DNA of 64,000 bases. It comes from Hydrogenophaga sp. GTDB taxonomy: Bacteria; Pseudomonadota; Gammaproteobacteria; Burkholderiales; Burkholderiaceae_C. The DNA lies in the NCBI RefSeq assembly GCF_030651625.1, contig NZ_JAUSCF010000020.1:71694-135693 (forward strand). The letters run 5' to 3'. Shown here one piece after another: positions 1 to 9,955 of this stretch (the stretch's first letter is position 1; every line of letters begins with the position of its first letter). The notes below the pieces were generated by a model, which made no database searches, was not told where the DNA came from, and saw nothing but the letters and a program-made list of their open reading frames with translations. The position numbers and the translations under genes were made by a program.

Positions 1-509
1 GTGTCGTAGCCCACCAGAAGCACCGGTTGCTGCTCTGCGCTGCATTGCACAGCAGCCTCAAGGAAGCCGGCAGCAAAACTGCAGTTGAAGGCGGTCAAGG
101 TGGTGTTGGGCTGCCACGAGCCACCGACCATGCTCCAGAGGCCGGCGGGCGCGTTGTGAATGGAATGCAGAAACTTCGTGGGCGACACATGAAGCGGGTC
201 GCAAGCCAGCGTAGCGCAGAGGGTGTCGATGGTGGGCAGGTCGCCATGCGCCGAGACAAACACGCCCAGCAAAGCATTGGCCTGCCTGCCTGACGCAGCC
301 ACCGCCATGCGGGCCGCCTCCAGCGCGAGTGCCACCGTTTCGGGTGCCCGGCGACGTTCGCTCGCAGTCAGCAAGGTGGCCGTCGGCAGGCGGCCCGTGG
401 ATGGTGCGGCACTGCGCTCGCCGCGAAACGCGGCTCTTGCGCTGCCCCAGTCCGGCAGACCGGGAGCCCAGAAGGCAATGCCTTCAACAAAGAGCGCGTG
501 CTCGGTCAT
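1..509 (-). CDS. beta-ketoacyl synthase-like chain-length-factor-type protein (N-terminal part only; gene runs off the window start)
   Basis: Absent from the ORF track because there is no in-window stop. My translation from ATG 509-507 gives MTEHALFVEGIAFWAPGLPDWGSARAAFRGE...FLHSIHNAPAGLWSM. This is paralogous to the 11947-12756 product (IDGIGLIAPGLPDW, FHNSVHNAAAGYWG). ATGA overlap with the stop of the upstream KS. Confidence 0.7.
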   Translation of the reverse strand, partial: MTEHALFVEGIAFWAPGLPDWGSARAAFRGERSAAPSTGRLPTATLLTASERRRAPETVALALEAARMAVAASGRQANALLGVFVSAHGDLPTIDTLCATLACDPLHVSPTKFLHSIHNAPAGLWSMVGGSWQPNTTLTAFNCSFAAGFLEAAVQCSAEQQPVLLVGYD

Positions 510-1771
510 GCGGAACATGGCGCTTGAACCAGGGGCTGTGAGCCTCCCTCGCCCCGGCCCCATACCAGCACACAGTTGCTGCCGCCAAAACCAAAGGCAT
601 GGGTGGCCGCCACGCGCACATCCCCCTGGGCAGACTGGCGGCGAATGAGGGTACCGCAGGCCGGATCCACTTCGCGCGTGTGGACCGTGCCTGGCATCAG
701 GCCGGTTTCGATGGCGAGCAGGCTGAAGGTGCTGCCCATCATGCCGGCAGCACCCAATGTGTGTCCCACCATGCCTTTGGTGGAGCTGGCATGGGTGCGC
801 ACGCCGAATCGCCGGTTCACCAGCGCCGCTTCCACGTCGTCGTTGAGTGGCGTGGCCGTGCCATGCAAATGCAGGAAGTCGACCGCATCGGCGTCCAGGC
901 CCGCGCGTGCGAGAGCACCGTCCAATGCGGCTTCGGCGCCCCGACCTTGGGGGTGAGGTGCCGACAAATGGTGGGCGTCGCTCGACTCGCCATGCCCCAG
1001 CAGTTGCAAGGCGCCAGGGCCTTTCTCCAGCAGGGCAAAGCCGGCAGCCTCGCCGAGATTGAGTCCTCGGCGTTGGGTGCCAAAAGGCTCGCATGGATCT
1101 GGCGACACCAGTTGCAGGGCGTGAAAGCCGAACAGGGTGCTGCCGCACAGGGTATCCACACCGCCCACCACCACGGCATCGGCCACACCCACGCGCAACA
1201 GCCGCTCGGCCGAGCAAAAGGCTTTGGCACTGGAAGAGCACGCGGTTGAAAGCGTGAAACAGGGGCCGTCCAGCGCCAGTGCTTCCTGTACGAAAGCACC
1301 CAGGGCGTGCAAGGTGTGCAGGGGTGCGTTGTGCATATGCTCGGGAAAGTGGCCGTCGATGGTGCGGGCCTGATAGGCGGATTCCGTGGCGCCAATGCTG
1401 CCGGTGGTGGTGCCCATCACCACCGCGACGCGATCAGAACCGTGGCGCCGGCGAGCGTCCGCTACGGCTTCCAGGAAACCATCGGCCTGCAAGCCCAGCC
1501 AGGCGAGGCGGTTGTTGCGGCAGTCCCACCGCGCCCAGGATTCGGGCAGAGGTGCATCCAGCCCTTCCACACAACCCACCCACGTCGCCAGATGGCCGGT
1601 CAGAGACAAGTATTTGCAATCGTCCGCCGTGAGCGGCCGAAGCCCGCTGAGCCCTTCCTTCACCGCAGCGAGCATCGCAGCCTTTCCCCGCCCGAGGGCA
1701 GAGGTGGCGGTGTAGGCGGAGATCTTGGTGGGGGCGATAGGTTTTATGTACACAGGCGAGTATGAAACCAT
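506..1771 (-). CDS. beta-ketoacyl-ACP synthase (FabF/FabB-like, APE-type KS)
   Basis: 421 aa. KS catalytic motifs are present: STACSSS (Cys), HGTATPLND and GHTLGAAG (His/His), and FGFGGSN near the C-terminus. Confidence 0.9.
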   Translation of the reverse strand: MVSYSPVYIKPIAPTKISAYTATSALGRGKAAMLAAVKEGLSGLRPLTADDCKYLSLTGHLATWVGCVEGLDAPLPESWARWDCRNNRLAWLGLQADGFLEAVADARRRHGSDRVAVVMGTTTGSIGATESAYQARTIDGHFPEHMHNAPLHTLHALGAFVQEALALDGPCFTLSTACSSSAKAFCSAERLLRVGVADAVVVGGVDTLCGSTLFGFHALQLVSPDPCEPFGTQRRGLNLGEAAGFALLEKGPGALQLLGHGESSDAHHLSAPHPQGRGAEAALDGALARAGLDADAVDFLHLHGTATPLNDDVEAALVNRRFGVRTHASSTKGMVGHTLGAAGMMGSTFSLLAIETGLMPGTVHTREVDPACGTLIRRQSAQGDVRVAATHAFGFGGSNCVLVWGRGEGGSQPLVQAPCSA

Positions 1772-2063
1772 CCAATTTTAGAAATCGAGCCAGCGAAGAT
1801 CGAAATTGAGGGCTATTGCGGGAATTCGGGCCATTTCAGGCCTCGCTGCATCGCTGCGAACGCCTCCCTGCGCAATGCGACAGGTGCATTTTGTGATTGC
1901 CCACCGGCTAAAATGCCGGGTTGCTTCGACCCCTGTGCGCCACACGGCGGGCGTCGTGAAGCGCTTCCGATCAACGGGCTTTGTTCCAGCTGGACCCCTG
2001 TTGTTGGATGGCCGCAATGCGGTGCCGGCCAATGTGGCCGCCCTTTCCTGAACGAAAACTGCC
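1772..2063. promoter_or_regulatory. divergent intergenic region between the two arms of the APE-type cluster (presumed bidirectional promoter region)
   Basis: 292 nt of non-coding sequence between divergently oriented KS (minus) and ACP (plus) starts. It is locally AT-richer (ccaattttagaaatcga, gaaattgag). No specific -35/-10 assigned. Confidence 0.4.
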
Positions 2064-2348
2064 ATGACCCAGAACGCCACCCCCGAAGCCGTCGAAGCCC
2101 TGTTGCCCGAAGTTTCTGCGCTGATCGTCGAAGCCCTCAACCTGGAGGTCAAGCCAGAGGAAATCGACGTGGACGCTCCCCTGTTTGGCGAGGGACTGGA
2201 TCTCGACTCCATCGACGTGCTGGAAATTGCGCTGGTGATTTCCAAGAAGTACGGATTCCAGATGCGCTCTGACGATCAGGACAACGAACGCATTTTTGCG
2301 TCGCTTCGTGCGCTTACCGCTCACATTGCGAGCCAGCGCACGGCATGA
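2064..2348 (+). CDS. acyl carrier protein
   Basis: 94 aa, acidic. Carries the phosphopantetheine attachment motif GLDLDSIDVLE. Confidence 0.85.
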   Translation: MTQNATPEAVEALLPEVSALIVEALNLEVKPEEIDVDAPLFGEGLDLDSIDVLEIALVISKKYGFQMRSDDQDNERIFASLRALTAHIASQRTA

Positions 2349-2397
2349 GCGAAGCGCAGGGCCACTTCAAGCCGTCTCGAATCCCTCCGGGATTGGC

Positions 2398-3051
2398 ATG
2401 ACCCCGGCCCTGGTTCCGCTGCTGCGCACCCTGGGGGTGGCTGCACTGGCGGTGGCATGGGCTGTGGGGGCGCATGTGGCCAGTGCCAGTGGCGAGCCCT
2501 CGCACTGGGGCGCTGCCCTGGCCATTGCGCCCTTGGCGCTGGCCTTGTGTCTCGCCCTGTGGCGCCTGCCCAGCCGGTGGCTCGCCGCGTTGGCGGCGTG
2601 CGCGGCCCTGGGGCTGCTGGCCTGGGCCTGGCCGGCTCTGACCAGCGAGGTGGCGCTGTTGTATTTTGTGCAGCACGTGGGGGTGAATGTGCTGCTGGCC
2701 GCTTTCTTCGGGCGCACGCTCTCCGGGCCGGGCGAGTCGCTGGTCACGCGCATGGCGCGACAGGTGCATGGTGGTGTGTTGTCGGCTCGCCAGGTGGCCT
2801 ACACGCGCTGGGTGACCAAAGCCTGGACCACGTTCTTTCTCTGCATGGCCGCCACCTCGACCGCTTTGTTCCTGCTAGCGCCTGTGGCCGTGTGGTCGGG
2901 GTTTGCCAACCTGCTGGGTGCACCGTTGACGGGCGCCATGTTCGTGGGTGAATACCTGTGGCGCATGCGGTGCCTGCCGGCCCATGAACGGTCCACGTTT
3001 GCCGATGCCGTACGGGCGTGGAAAAAACAAGGGTCGGATCCGGCGCCATGA
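2398..3051 (+). CDS. integral membrane protein of the APE-type cluster
   Basis: I chose the inner ATG at 2398; the track ORF starts at TTG 2296, inside the ACP gene. Multiple hydrophobic helices (LGVAALAVAWAVGAHV, ALALCLALW, LGLLAWAWPAL, VNVLLAAFF, FFLCMAATSTALFLLAPVAVW). Its stop overlaps the next start (ATGA). Confidence 0.65.
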   Translation: MTPALVPLLRTLGVAALAVAWAVGAHVASASGEPSHWGAALAIAPLALALCLALWRLPSRWLAALAACAALGLLAWAWPALTSEVALLYFVQHVGVNVLLAAFFGRTLSGPGESLVTRMARQVHGGVLSARQVAYTRWVTKAWTTFFLCMAATSTALFLLAPVAVWSGFANLLGAPLTGAMFVGEYLWRMRCLPAHERSTFADAVRAWKKQGSDPAP

Positions 3052-4406
3052 ACACAGATTCCGTGAACAAACAACCGCTGGTTACCGGCGTCGGCCTGGA
3101 CCACACCATTGCCTGGACGCCCGGCGGCCCACGCCGTGTGCGCGACCTGATCGCTGATGCCCAGTGCCTGGCCGAGCAACTGCCGCCCTGCGACCACCTG
3201 CTCAACGTCTGCCAGGATCGCTACCGTTTTGCCGTGGGTTTCACCGCCGGGCTGCTGTCCGGCAAGGTCAGTCTTCAGCCCTCGTCGCAGTCGGAAGAAA
3301 CGCTCAGGCGCGTGATGACCGAGCATCCGGATGTGGTGTGCCTGACCGACACCGACTTCGACAGCCTGGACATGCCGCAGTTCCGGTTCCCCGCGCGGCT
3401 GGAGGTTGACCCTCAAGAGGTGGAAGAAATCCCATTGATTCCCGCCGAACGCCTCGCGGCCGTGTTGTTCACATCCGGGTCGACCGGCTTGCCGCAGCCC
3501 CACCACAAGACCTGGGGCAAACTGGTGCAGAACGGGCGGGTCGAGGCCATCCGGCTCGGACTGACCGTGCGACCCCATGCCATCGTGGGCACGGTACCGG
3601 TGCAGCACAGCTACGGGTTCGAGTCCACCTTCCTGCAGGCGCTGCACGGCGGCAGCGCGTTCTGGTCGGGCCGGCCGTTCTATCCGCAGGACATCGTGGC
3701 TGCGCTGGCGGCGGTGCCGGCGCCGCGCATGCTGGTCACTACGCCGTTTCACCTGTCGGCCCTGCTGGCGGCCGATCTGGACCTGCCCGAAACCGACCTG
3801 CTGCTGTCGGCCACGGCGCCGCTTTCAGGGCACCTGGCTGCGCAGGCCGAAGCGCGTTTTGGTGCACCGCTGCACGAAATTTACGGGTCCACTGAAAGTG
3901 GCCAGCTGGCCAGCCGGCGCACCACCGACGGCGCCGAGTGGACGTTGCTTGATGGCGTGCGGCTGGAGCAGGTGGGCGACGAAACCGCGGCCATCGACGG
4001 TCACGTGGAAGGCCGTGTGCCGCTGTCCGACATCATCGAATGCCTGCCAGGTCAGCGCTTCCTGCTGCACGGGCGCCATGCCGATCTGGTCAACATCGCC
4101 GGCAAGCGCACCTCGCTGGCCTACCTGAACCATCAGATCGGGGCGGTGCCCGGCGTGGTGGATGCCGCCTTCTTTTTGCCCGACGGCACCGAGGCCGAGC
4201 ACATCACCCGCTTGACGGCCTTCGTGGTGGCGCCAGGCCTTGACCGTGCCACCTTGCAAGCCGAATTGCGGCAGCGCATGGACGCGGTGTTTCTGCCGCG
4301 CCCGCTGGTGTTTGTGGACGCGCTGCCGCGCAACGATACCGGCAAACTGACCCGCGAAGGGTTGAAAGTGCTGTACGCCGAGAAAGTGCACCATGGACGA
4401 ACTTGA
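3048..4406 (+). CDS. AMP-dependent synthetase/ligase (acyl/aryl adenylating, starter-loading enzyme)
   Basis: Adenylate-forming motifs LFTSGSTGLPQPH, YGSTESG and PRNDTGKL. ATG 3048 overlaps the upstream stop. Confidence 0.85.
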   Translation: MNTDSVNKQPLVTGVGLDHTIAWTPGGPRRVRDLIADAQCLAEQLPPCDHLLNVCQDRYRFAVGFTAGLLSGKVSLQPSSQSEETLRRVMTEHPDVVCLTDTDFDSLDMPQFRFPARLEVDPQEVEEIPLIPAERLAAVLFTSGSTGLPQPHHKTWGKLVQNGRVEAIRLGLTVRPHAIVGTVPVQHSYGFESTFLQALHGGSAFWSGRPFYPQDIVAALAAVPAPRMLVTTPFHLSALLAADLDLPETDLLLSATAPLSGHLAAQAEARFGAPLHEIYGSTESGQLASRRTTDGAEWTLLDGVRLEQVGDETAAIDGHVEGRVPLSDIIECLPGQRFLLHGRHADLVNIAGKRTSLAYLNHQIGAVPGVVDAAFFLPDGTEAEHITRLTAFVVAPGLDRATLQAELRQRMDAVFLPRPLVFVDALPRNDTGKLTREGLKVLYAEKVHHGRT

Positions 4407-4698
4407 GTCGAACTGGGCCGTGCCGGTCGATCACCCGGCGTTTGCCGGTCATTTCCCTGGCCAGCCCATCGTGCCCGGTGTGGTCTTGCTGGACCATGCC
4501 ATGCATCTGGCCGGGCAGTGCCTGCAGGGCAATGATGGCACCTGGCGCGTCGACAATGCGAAGTTTTTTCACCCGGTGGGACCAGGCGCGCAGCTGCGTT
4601 TCCGTCTGAGCCGCAAGGCCTCAGGCACGGTTGCTTTCAAGGTGAGCGAAGACGGGCGCGACGTGGCCTCAGGCGCGCTCTCACCCACAGGCACATGA
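4393..4698 (+). CDS. hotdog-fold 3-hydroxyacyl-ACP dehydratase (FabA/FabZ-like)
   Basis: 101 aa. Motif DHPAFAGHFPGQPIVPGVVLLD. 14-nt overlap with the ligase gene. Confidence 0.75.
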   Translation: MDELESNWAVPVDHPAFAGHFPGQPIVPGVVLLDHAMHLAGQCLQGNDGTWRVDNAKFFHPVGPGAQLRFRLSRKASGTVAFKVSEDGRDVASGALSPTGT

Positions 4699-5597
4699 AG
4701 AGCGACACTCCCGACTGGGTGCGTCGCCAGGAACGCAGCAACCTGGCCATTCTGCGTTTCATGGTCTGGCTGTCGTTGTCTTTCGGGCGCGGTGCCAGTC
4801 GGGTCGTGCTGTATGGCATCGCGGTCTACTACGTGATCTTTGCGCCCCAGGCGCGTCGCGCCAGCCGGGGTTACCTGCGCCGCGCGCTCGGCCGCTGGGC
4901 CAACTGGCGCGACGGTTTCCTGCACGTGTTCAGTTTTGCCAGCACGGTGCACGACCGCATCTATCTGCTCAATGACCGGTTCGACCTGTTCGACATCGAG
5001 GTGCACGGTGCCGAGGAGCTGAGGGCCAAGCTGGCAGACGGCAACGGCGCCCTCCTGATCGGCGCCCACATGGGCAGCTTCGAAGTGCTGCGGGCCATCG
5101 GGCGTGGCCGCGAGGGCCTGAAGGTGGCGATGATGATGTACGAGGAAAACGCCCGCAAGATCAACGCGACGCTCGAAGCCATCAACCCGGTGGCCACCCA
5201 GGACATCATCGGCCTGGGTCAGCCGGGCTCCATGATTGCCGCGCGCGACAAGCTCGATCAGGGTTACCTGGTGGGCATGCTGGCCGACAGGCGCCTGGGC
5301 GACGACGTCACCACGCCCATCGATTTCCTGGGCGAGCCAGCGCCGTTTCCGGTGGGGCCGTTTCGGGTGGCGGCCATGCTCAAGCGGCCGGTGTACTTCA
5401 TGACCGGTCTTTACATGGGCGGCAACCGCTATCAAATACACTTTGAACCTCTTGCCGACTTCACCCAGGTCGAACGTGCCGGGCGCGACGCTGCCATCCA
5501 CGCCGCCCAGCAGGTCTACGCCGACCGCCTGAGCCATTTCTGCCGCCAGGCGCCCTACAACTGGTTCAACTTCTTCGACTTCTGGCAGGACAAGTGA
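4695..5597 (+). CDS. lysophospholipid / lipid A-type acyltransferase (LpxL/HtrB-like)
   Basis: 300 aa with an N-terminal TM segment (ILRFMVWLSLSFG...VLYGIAVYYVIF). Size and position match the acyltransferase of APE-type clusters. ATGA overlap. Confidence 0.6.
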   Translation: MKSDTPDWVRRQERSNLAILRFMVWLSLSFGRGASRVVLYGIAVYYVIFAPQARRASRGYLRRALGRWANWRDGFLHVFSFASTVHDRIYLLNDRFDLFDIEVHGAEELRAKLADGNGALLIGAHMGSFEVLRAIGRGREGLKVAMMMYEENARKINATLEAINPVATQDIIGLGQPGSMIAARDKLDQGYLVGMLADRRLGDDVTTPIDFLGEPAPFPVGPFRVAAMLKRPVYFMTGLYMGGNRYQIHFEPLADFTQVERAGRDAAIHAAQQVYADRLSHFCRQAPYNWFNFFDFWQDK

Positions 5598-6172
5598 TTT
5601 ACCACCTGCGTGCTTTTGTTCTGGTCTGTGCCGCACTCGTGCTGGCCGGCCCCACTGCGGCCGCCGGGTTCGACGTGGTGCAACTGATGGACAGCCTGGC
5701 GCGTCACCCGGGCGGACCGGCGAAGTTCACCGAGACCCGTCACCTGGCCATGCTCGACAAACCGTTGGTGAGCAGCGGCGAAATGCACTTCACCCCGCCT
5801 GACCGACTGGAGAAGCGCACGCTCACGCCCAAGCCCGAATACATGTTGCTGGATCGCGACCGCATCACCCTGGAGCGCGACCAGCGCCGCATGACGATTC
5901 GCCTGGGCAGCCGTCCCGAGGTGCTCGCCTTCGTCGACAGCGTGCGTGGCCTGTTGTCAGGCAACCGGGTGTCCATGGAGCGCAGCTACCTGATGCAGTT
6001 GCAGGGCGAAGCCGATCGCTGGGTGTTGACCTTGCATCCCAAGGATGCCGAGATCGCCGCTCTGATCCAGCGCATCACGGTCAGCGGCACAGACAACCAG
6101 ATCCGCACCATCGAGTACCTCCAGGCCGATGGTGACCGTTCGGTGCTGGCGATCGAACAAGTGAACCCATGA
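5594..6172 (+). CDS. LolA-like outer-membrane lipoprotein carrier family protein
   Basis: 192 aa with a signal peptide (AFVLVCAALVLAGPTAAA). Sits directly upstream of the MMPL exporter, as in APE clusters. GTGA overlap at the start and ATGA at the end. Confidence 0.6.
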   Translation: MIYHLRAFVLVCAALVLAGPTAAAGFDVVQLMDSLARHPGGPAKFTETRHLAMLDKPLVSSGEMHFTPPDRLEKRTLTPKPEYMLLDRDRITLERDQRRMTIRLGSRPEVLAFVDSVRGLLSGNRVSMERSYLMQLQGEADRWVLTLHPKDAEIAALIQRITVSGTDNQIRTIEYLQADGDRSVLAIEQVNP

Positions 6173-8502
6173 CCCGGCGGGCCGGCACCGTGCTGCTGCT
6201 GTGGCTGCTGGCGGTGGTGGCCGGTGTGGTGGTGGCGGCGAACAGCCGCTTCAACGCCGACATGTCGTTCTTCCTGCCCAGCGAGCCCACGCCGGGGCAG
6301 CAGGTCATGGTCGATCAGCTCAAGGAAGGCGCGGTCTCGCGCCTGCTCATGGTGGGCATCGAAGGCGGCGACGAGACCACACGCGCCGATTTGTCGATGG
6401 ACCTGCGTCAGCGCCTGCAGGCATCCGGCCTGTTCCTGTCGGTGCAGAACGGCGAAGCCGGCAGCCAGGACGCCGAGCGCGCCCACCTGATGCAGCACCG
6501 CTACCTGCTCAGCCCCGAGGTCACCCCGCAGCGCTTCACAGTGGATGGGCTGAAGGGCGCCATTGCCGACAGCATCGACCTGCTCACATCGCCCGCCGGG
6601 CTGATGTTCAAACCACTGCTGCCACGCGACCCCACGGGCGAACTGTGGGCGCAGGTGCAGCGGCTGGACGCAGGCGCCGAGCCCGACAGCGTGGAGGGCG
6701 TCTGGGCCTCGCGCGATGGCCAGCGCGCGCTGCTCCTGTTGCAGACCGCCGCAGAAGGGTCTGACACCGATGGTCAATCCCGGGCCATCGACACCGTGCG
6801 GCGCACCTTCGAGGAAGGCCGCCAGGTCCTGGGCGTGATCGATGCAGAACTGCAGATGTCAGGCCCCGGCCTGTTTGCCGTGAACGCCCGCGCCACCATC
6901 AAGGAAGAGGTGACGCGCCTGTCGCTCATCGGCATCGGCTGCATCGTGCTGGTGCTGCTGCTGGTCTACCGTTCGCCGCGTCTGCTCGGTCTGGGGTTGT
7001 TGCCGGTGGCATCGGGCGCGCTGGCGGGCATCGTCGCGGTGAGCCTCGCCTTTGGCACGGTGTATGGCATCACCATTGGCTTTGGCATGGCGCTGATCGG
7101 TGAAGCGGTGGACTACGCCATCTATTACTTCGTGCAGTCCGGCTCGATGGGAGCGGCCGCCTGGCGGCAGCGCTTCTGGCCCACAGTGCGGCTGGGCGTG
7201 CTCACCTCGGTGGCGGGATTTGGTTCACTGCTGTTCTCCGGCTTTCCTGGTCTGGCACAACTGGGGCTGTACGCGCTCACGGGCGTGGTCACGGCCGCGC
7301 TGGTCACCCGCTTCGTGCTGCCCGAACTGGCGCCGCAGCATCTGCGCGGGAGCGATCTGAATGGGCTTGGTCAGGTGCTGTCCCGCTTTTATGCAGGCTT
7401 GCGTCGTCTGCGCTGGGCCGTGCTGGTGCTGGCCGTGCTGGCGGCCGGGTACCTGGTGACCGAGCGGGACCGCCTGTGGACGCCAGACATCGCCGTGCTG
7501 AGCCCCGCCAGCGTGGAAGACCTGCAAGTGGACGCTGCGCTGCGCGCAGACATGGGGGCGCCAGACGCGCGCTACATGGTGGTCGTCAGCGCCGCAGATG
7601 CCGATACCGCGCTGCGGCTGGCCGAAGAGGCCGCGCCCGCGCTGGACCAATTGGCGGCCGACGGCGTGATCGGCAGCTACGACAGCCCGGCGCGTTTTCT
7701 GCCCAGCAAACAGACCCAGCTCGCGCGCCAGGCTGCGCTGCCCGAACCGGAAATGCTGCGGGCCCGGCTGGTCGAGGCGCAAGCCGATTCCCCGCTCGCT
7801 GCATCCACGCTGGAGCCTTTCATCACCGACGTGGCCGCCGCTCGCACCCAGCCGCTTCTGGAGCGGACCGCGCTGGGCAGCAGCGGTCTGGGCCTGCTGG
7901 TGGACTCCCTGCTGGTGCAGCGCGCAGGCGGCTGGAGCGTGCTGTTGCCGCTGCACCCGCCCATGGCACCTTCAGAGGGTGCAAGCACCGACATCGACGG
8001 CGCGGCTGTGCAGACCGCGCTGGCCGGCACCGAGGCTCACTTCATCGACATGAAGACCGAGCTGGACACCCTTTACAACGATTACCTGCAGGGCGCCATC
8101 GCACTCTCGCTGGCCGGCGTGTGCGTGATCGTCCTGCTTCTGGGCGCCACGCTGCGTTCACCCCGCCGCCTGGCTTCGGTCCTGCTGCCGCTGGTGCTGG
8201 CGATTGTGTTCGTCATTGCCGGCCTGCAACTGGCGGGCGAAACCTTGCACCTGCTGCACCTGGTGGGCCTGTTGCTGGTGGTGGCCGTGGGCTCCAACTA
8301 CGGCCTGTTCTTTGACCGCGCCGAAGGGCAGGACGATCTGGAGCCTTCGACCGTGGCGGCCATGGGCGTGGCCAACCTGACCACCACGCTGGGCTTCGGC
8401 GTGCTGGGTTTCTCCACCGTGCCGGTGCTGCACGCCATGGGCGTGACGGTGGGGCCGGGCGCTGTACTGGTCTTGCTGCTTGCGGCCATGTTCAAGAGAT
8501 GA
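6169..8502 (+). CDS. MMPL/RND-superfamily exporter
   Basis: 777 aa. Two multi-helix hydrophobic blocks (about residues 250-400 and 640-777) separated by large soluble regions. Confidence 0.8.
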   Translation: MTRRAGTVLLLWLLAVVAGVVVAANSRFNADMSFFLPSEPTPGQQVMVDQLKEGAVSRLLMVGIEGGDETTRADLSMDLRQRLQASGLFLSVQNGEAGSQDAERAHLMQHRYLLSPEVTPQRFTVDGLKGAIADSIDLLTSPAGLMFKPLLPRDPTGELWAQVQRLDAGAEPDSVEGVWASRDGQRALLLLQTAAEGSDTDGQSRAIDTVRRTFEEGRQVLGVIDAELQMSGPGLFAVNARATIKEEVTRLSLIGIGCIVLVLLLVYRSPRLLGLGLLPVASGALAGIVAVSLAFGTVYGITIGFGMALIGEAVDYAIYYFVQSGSMGAAAWRQRFWPTVRLGVLTSVAGFGSLLFSGFPGLAQLGLYALTGVVTAALVTRFVLPELAPQHLRGSDLNGLGQVLSRFYAGLRRLRWAVLVLAVLAAGYLVTERDRLWTPDIAVLSPASVEDLQVDAALRADMGAPDARYMVVVSAADADTALRLAEEAAPALDQLAADGVIGSYDSPARFLPSKQTQLARQAALPEPEMLRARLVEAQADSPLAASTLEPFITDVAAARTQPLLERTALGSSGLGLLVDSLLVQRAGGWSVLLPLHPPMAPSEGASTDIDGAAVQTALAGTEAHFIDMKTELDTLYNDYLQGAIALSLAGVCVIVLLLGATLRSPRRLASVLLPLVLAIVFVIAGLQLAGETLHLLHLVGLLLVVAVGSNYGLFFDRAEGQDDLEPSTVAAMGVANLTTTLGFGVLGFSTVPVLHAMGVTVGPGAVLVLLLAAMFKR

Positions 8503-9158
8503 TGCAACCGCTGCGCTGCCTTCGCGCCGAACGCGGCGCTTCCGACCTGCTGGTGCTGCTGCCAGGCGCCTACATGCGGCCGGAAGATTTTGTGGAGGCG
8601 GGGTTTTTTGCAGAGGTGGAGCGGCGCGGCCTGGCGCTGGACCTGTGTGCCGTGGCGATCGACATGGCCACGGTGTCCGATGGCCGGGCGGCGGAGGCGG
8701 TACGACAGCAGGTGTTGTTGCCAGCGCGCCAGACCCATGAGCGCGTCTGGCTGGGTGGTATTTCGCTGGGTGGGCTGATGACGCTGGAAATCACCGCTGG
8801 CCATCCGGAACTGGTGGGCGGCCTGTGTCTGATCGCCCCTTACCCCGGCAGCCGGCTGGTCACCAACGCCATTGCCCGTGCCGGCGGTATCGACCACTGG
8901 ACACCCAGCGAGGCGTCGCTGCGCGACCCCGATACGCGTGTGTGGCACTGGCTGAAGGCGCCACCACCCGTGCGGCCCGTGTTCGTGGGACACGGCCGGC
9001 AAGACCGTTTTGCCGAGGGCATGGCGCAGATCGCCGAGCGCTTCCCACCAGCTTCGCGGCACGAAGTGGAAGGCGACCACGACTGGCCGGCCTGGCGTAC
9101 CCTGTGGTCGCGCTTTCTGGACGCGGGGCATTTCCCCGCCCGGAGCCCATCCGCATGA
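8499..9158 (+). CDS. alpha/beta-hydrolase fold protein (possible thioesterase/esterase)
   Basis: 219 aa. Nucleophile elbow GISLGG, plus a late Asp/His region (GHGRQDRF, VEGDHDW). ATGA overlaps on both sides. Confidence 0.55.
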   Translation: MMQPLRCLRAERGASDLLVLLPGAYMRPEDFVEAGFFAEVERRGLALDLCAVAIDMATVSDGRAAEAVRQQVLLPARQTHERVWLGGISLGGLMTLEITAGHPELVGGLCLIAPYPGSRLVTNAIARAGGIDHWTPSEASLRDPDTRVWHWLKAPPPVRPVFVGHGRQDRFAEGMAQIAERFPPASRHEVEGDHDWPAWRTLWSRFLDAGHFPARSPSA

Positions 9159-9955
9159 CCACCCGCTGGAAACCGTCCCCCTTCATGAAAGCCAGCTTTG
9201 CGCTGCACGGTGCGGCCGCGCTGGGCACGCTGGCCGCACCGGCTGTCTGGCCCTGGGCCTTGGGCGCACTGGTGCTCAACCACGCGGCGCTCACCACCGC
9301 CGGCCTGCTGCCACGCACCACTTTGCTCGGTCCCAACCTCACCCGCCTGCCCGACGCAGCCGCTGCGCGCCGCGAAGTGGCCGTCACCATCGACGACGGC
9401 CCCGACCCGGAAACCACACCGCGTGTGCTCGACCTGCTGGACGCCGCCGGTGCCAGTGCCAGCTTCTTCTGCATCGGCTGGCGCGCGCGCGAGAACCCCG
9501 CGCTGTGTCGCGAGATCGTGCGCCGAGGCCACAGCGTGGAGAACCACGGCGATGCGCATTCGTGGGCGTTTTCGCTGTACGGCTATGGCCGCCTCAAGGC
9601 CGACATCGCCGCCGCCCAGGCCACGTTGTCCGATATCACCGGCCAGGCACCGCGCTTTTTCCGCGCCACCGCCGGGCTGCGCAACCCCATTCTTGACCCC
9701 GTGCTCAGTCAGCTGGATCTGCGCCTGTCCGCCTGGACGCGCCGCGCTTTTGACACCCGGACCAGCGACGCAGCCCTGGTGCATACGCGGCTGGTGCATG
9801 GCCTGGGGCCGGGCGATATCCTGCTGCTGCACGACGGCCATGGCGCACGCGGCGCCGATGGCGCCCCCGTGATCCTGGCGGCGCTGCCGCGCCTGCTGGT
9901 CACTCTGAAAGAACACAACCTCACCACCGCCACCCTGCCACAAGCCTGCCCATGA
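9155..9955 (+). CDS. polysaccharide deacetylase (NodB-homology) family protein
   Basis: Inner ATG 9155 (the track ORF starts at 8825). Hydrophobic N-terminus. NodB motifs VTIDDGPD, HSVENHGDAHS and LLLHDGHG. Confidence 0.8.
   Translation: MTTRWKPSPFMKASFALHGAAALGTLAAPAVWPWALGALVLNHAALTTAGLLPRTTLLGPNLTRLPDAAAARREVAVTIDDGPDPETTPRVLDLLDAAGASASFFCIGWRARENPALCREIVRRGHSVENHGDAHSWAFSLYGYGRLKADIAAAQATLSDITGQAPRFFRATAGLRNPILDPVLSQLDLRLSAWTRRAFDTRTSDAALVHTRLVHGLGPGDILLLHDGHGARGADGAPVILAALPRLLVTLKEHNLTTATLPQACP

Noticed and set aside
1806-2051. 81-aa ORF upstream of the ACP, considered as a second ACP since APE clusters often have two.
   Set aside because: It has no DSL/DSI phosphopantetheine motif and is basic rather than acidic. 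It lies in the divergent promoter region.
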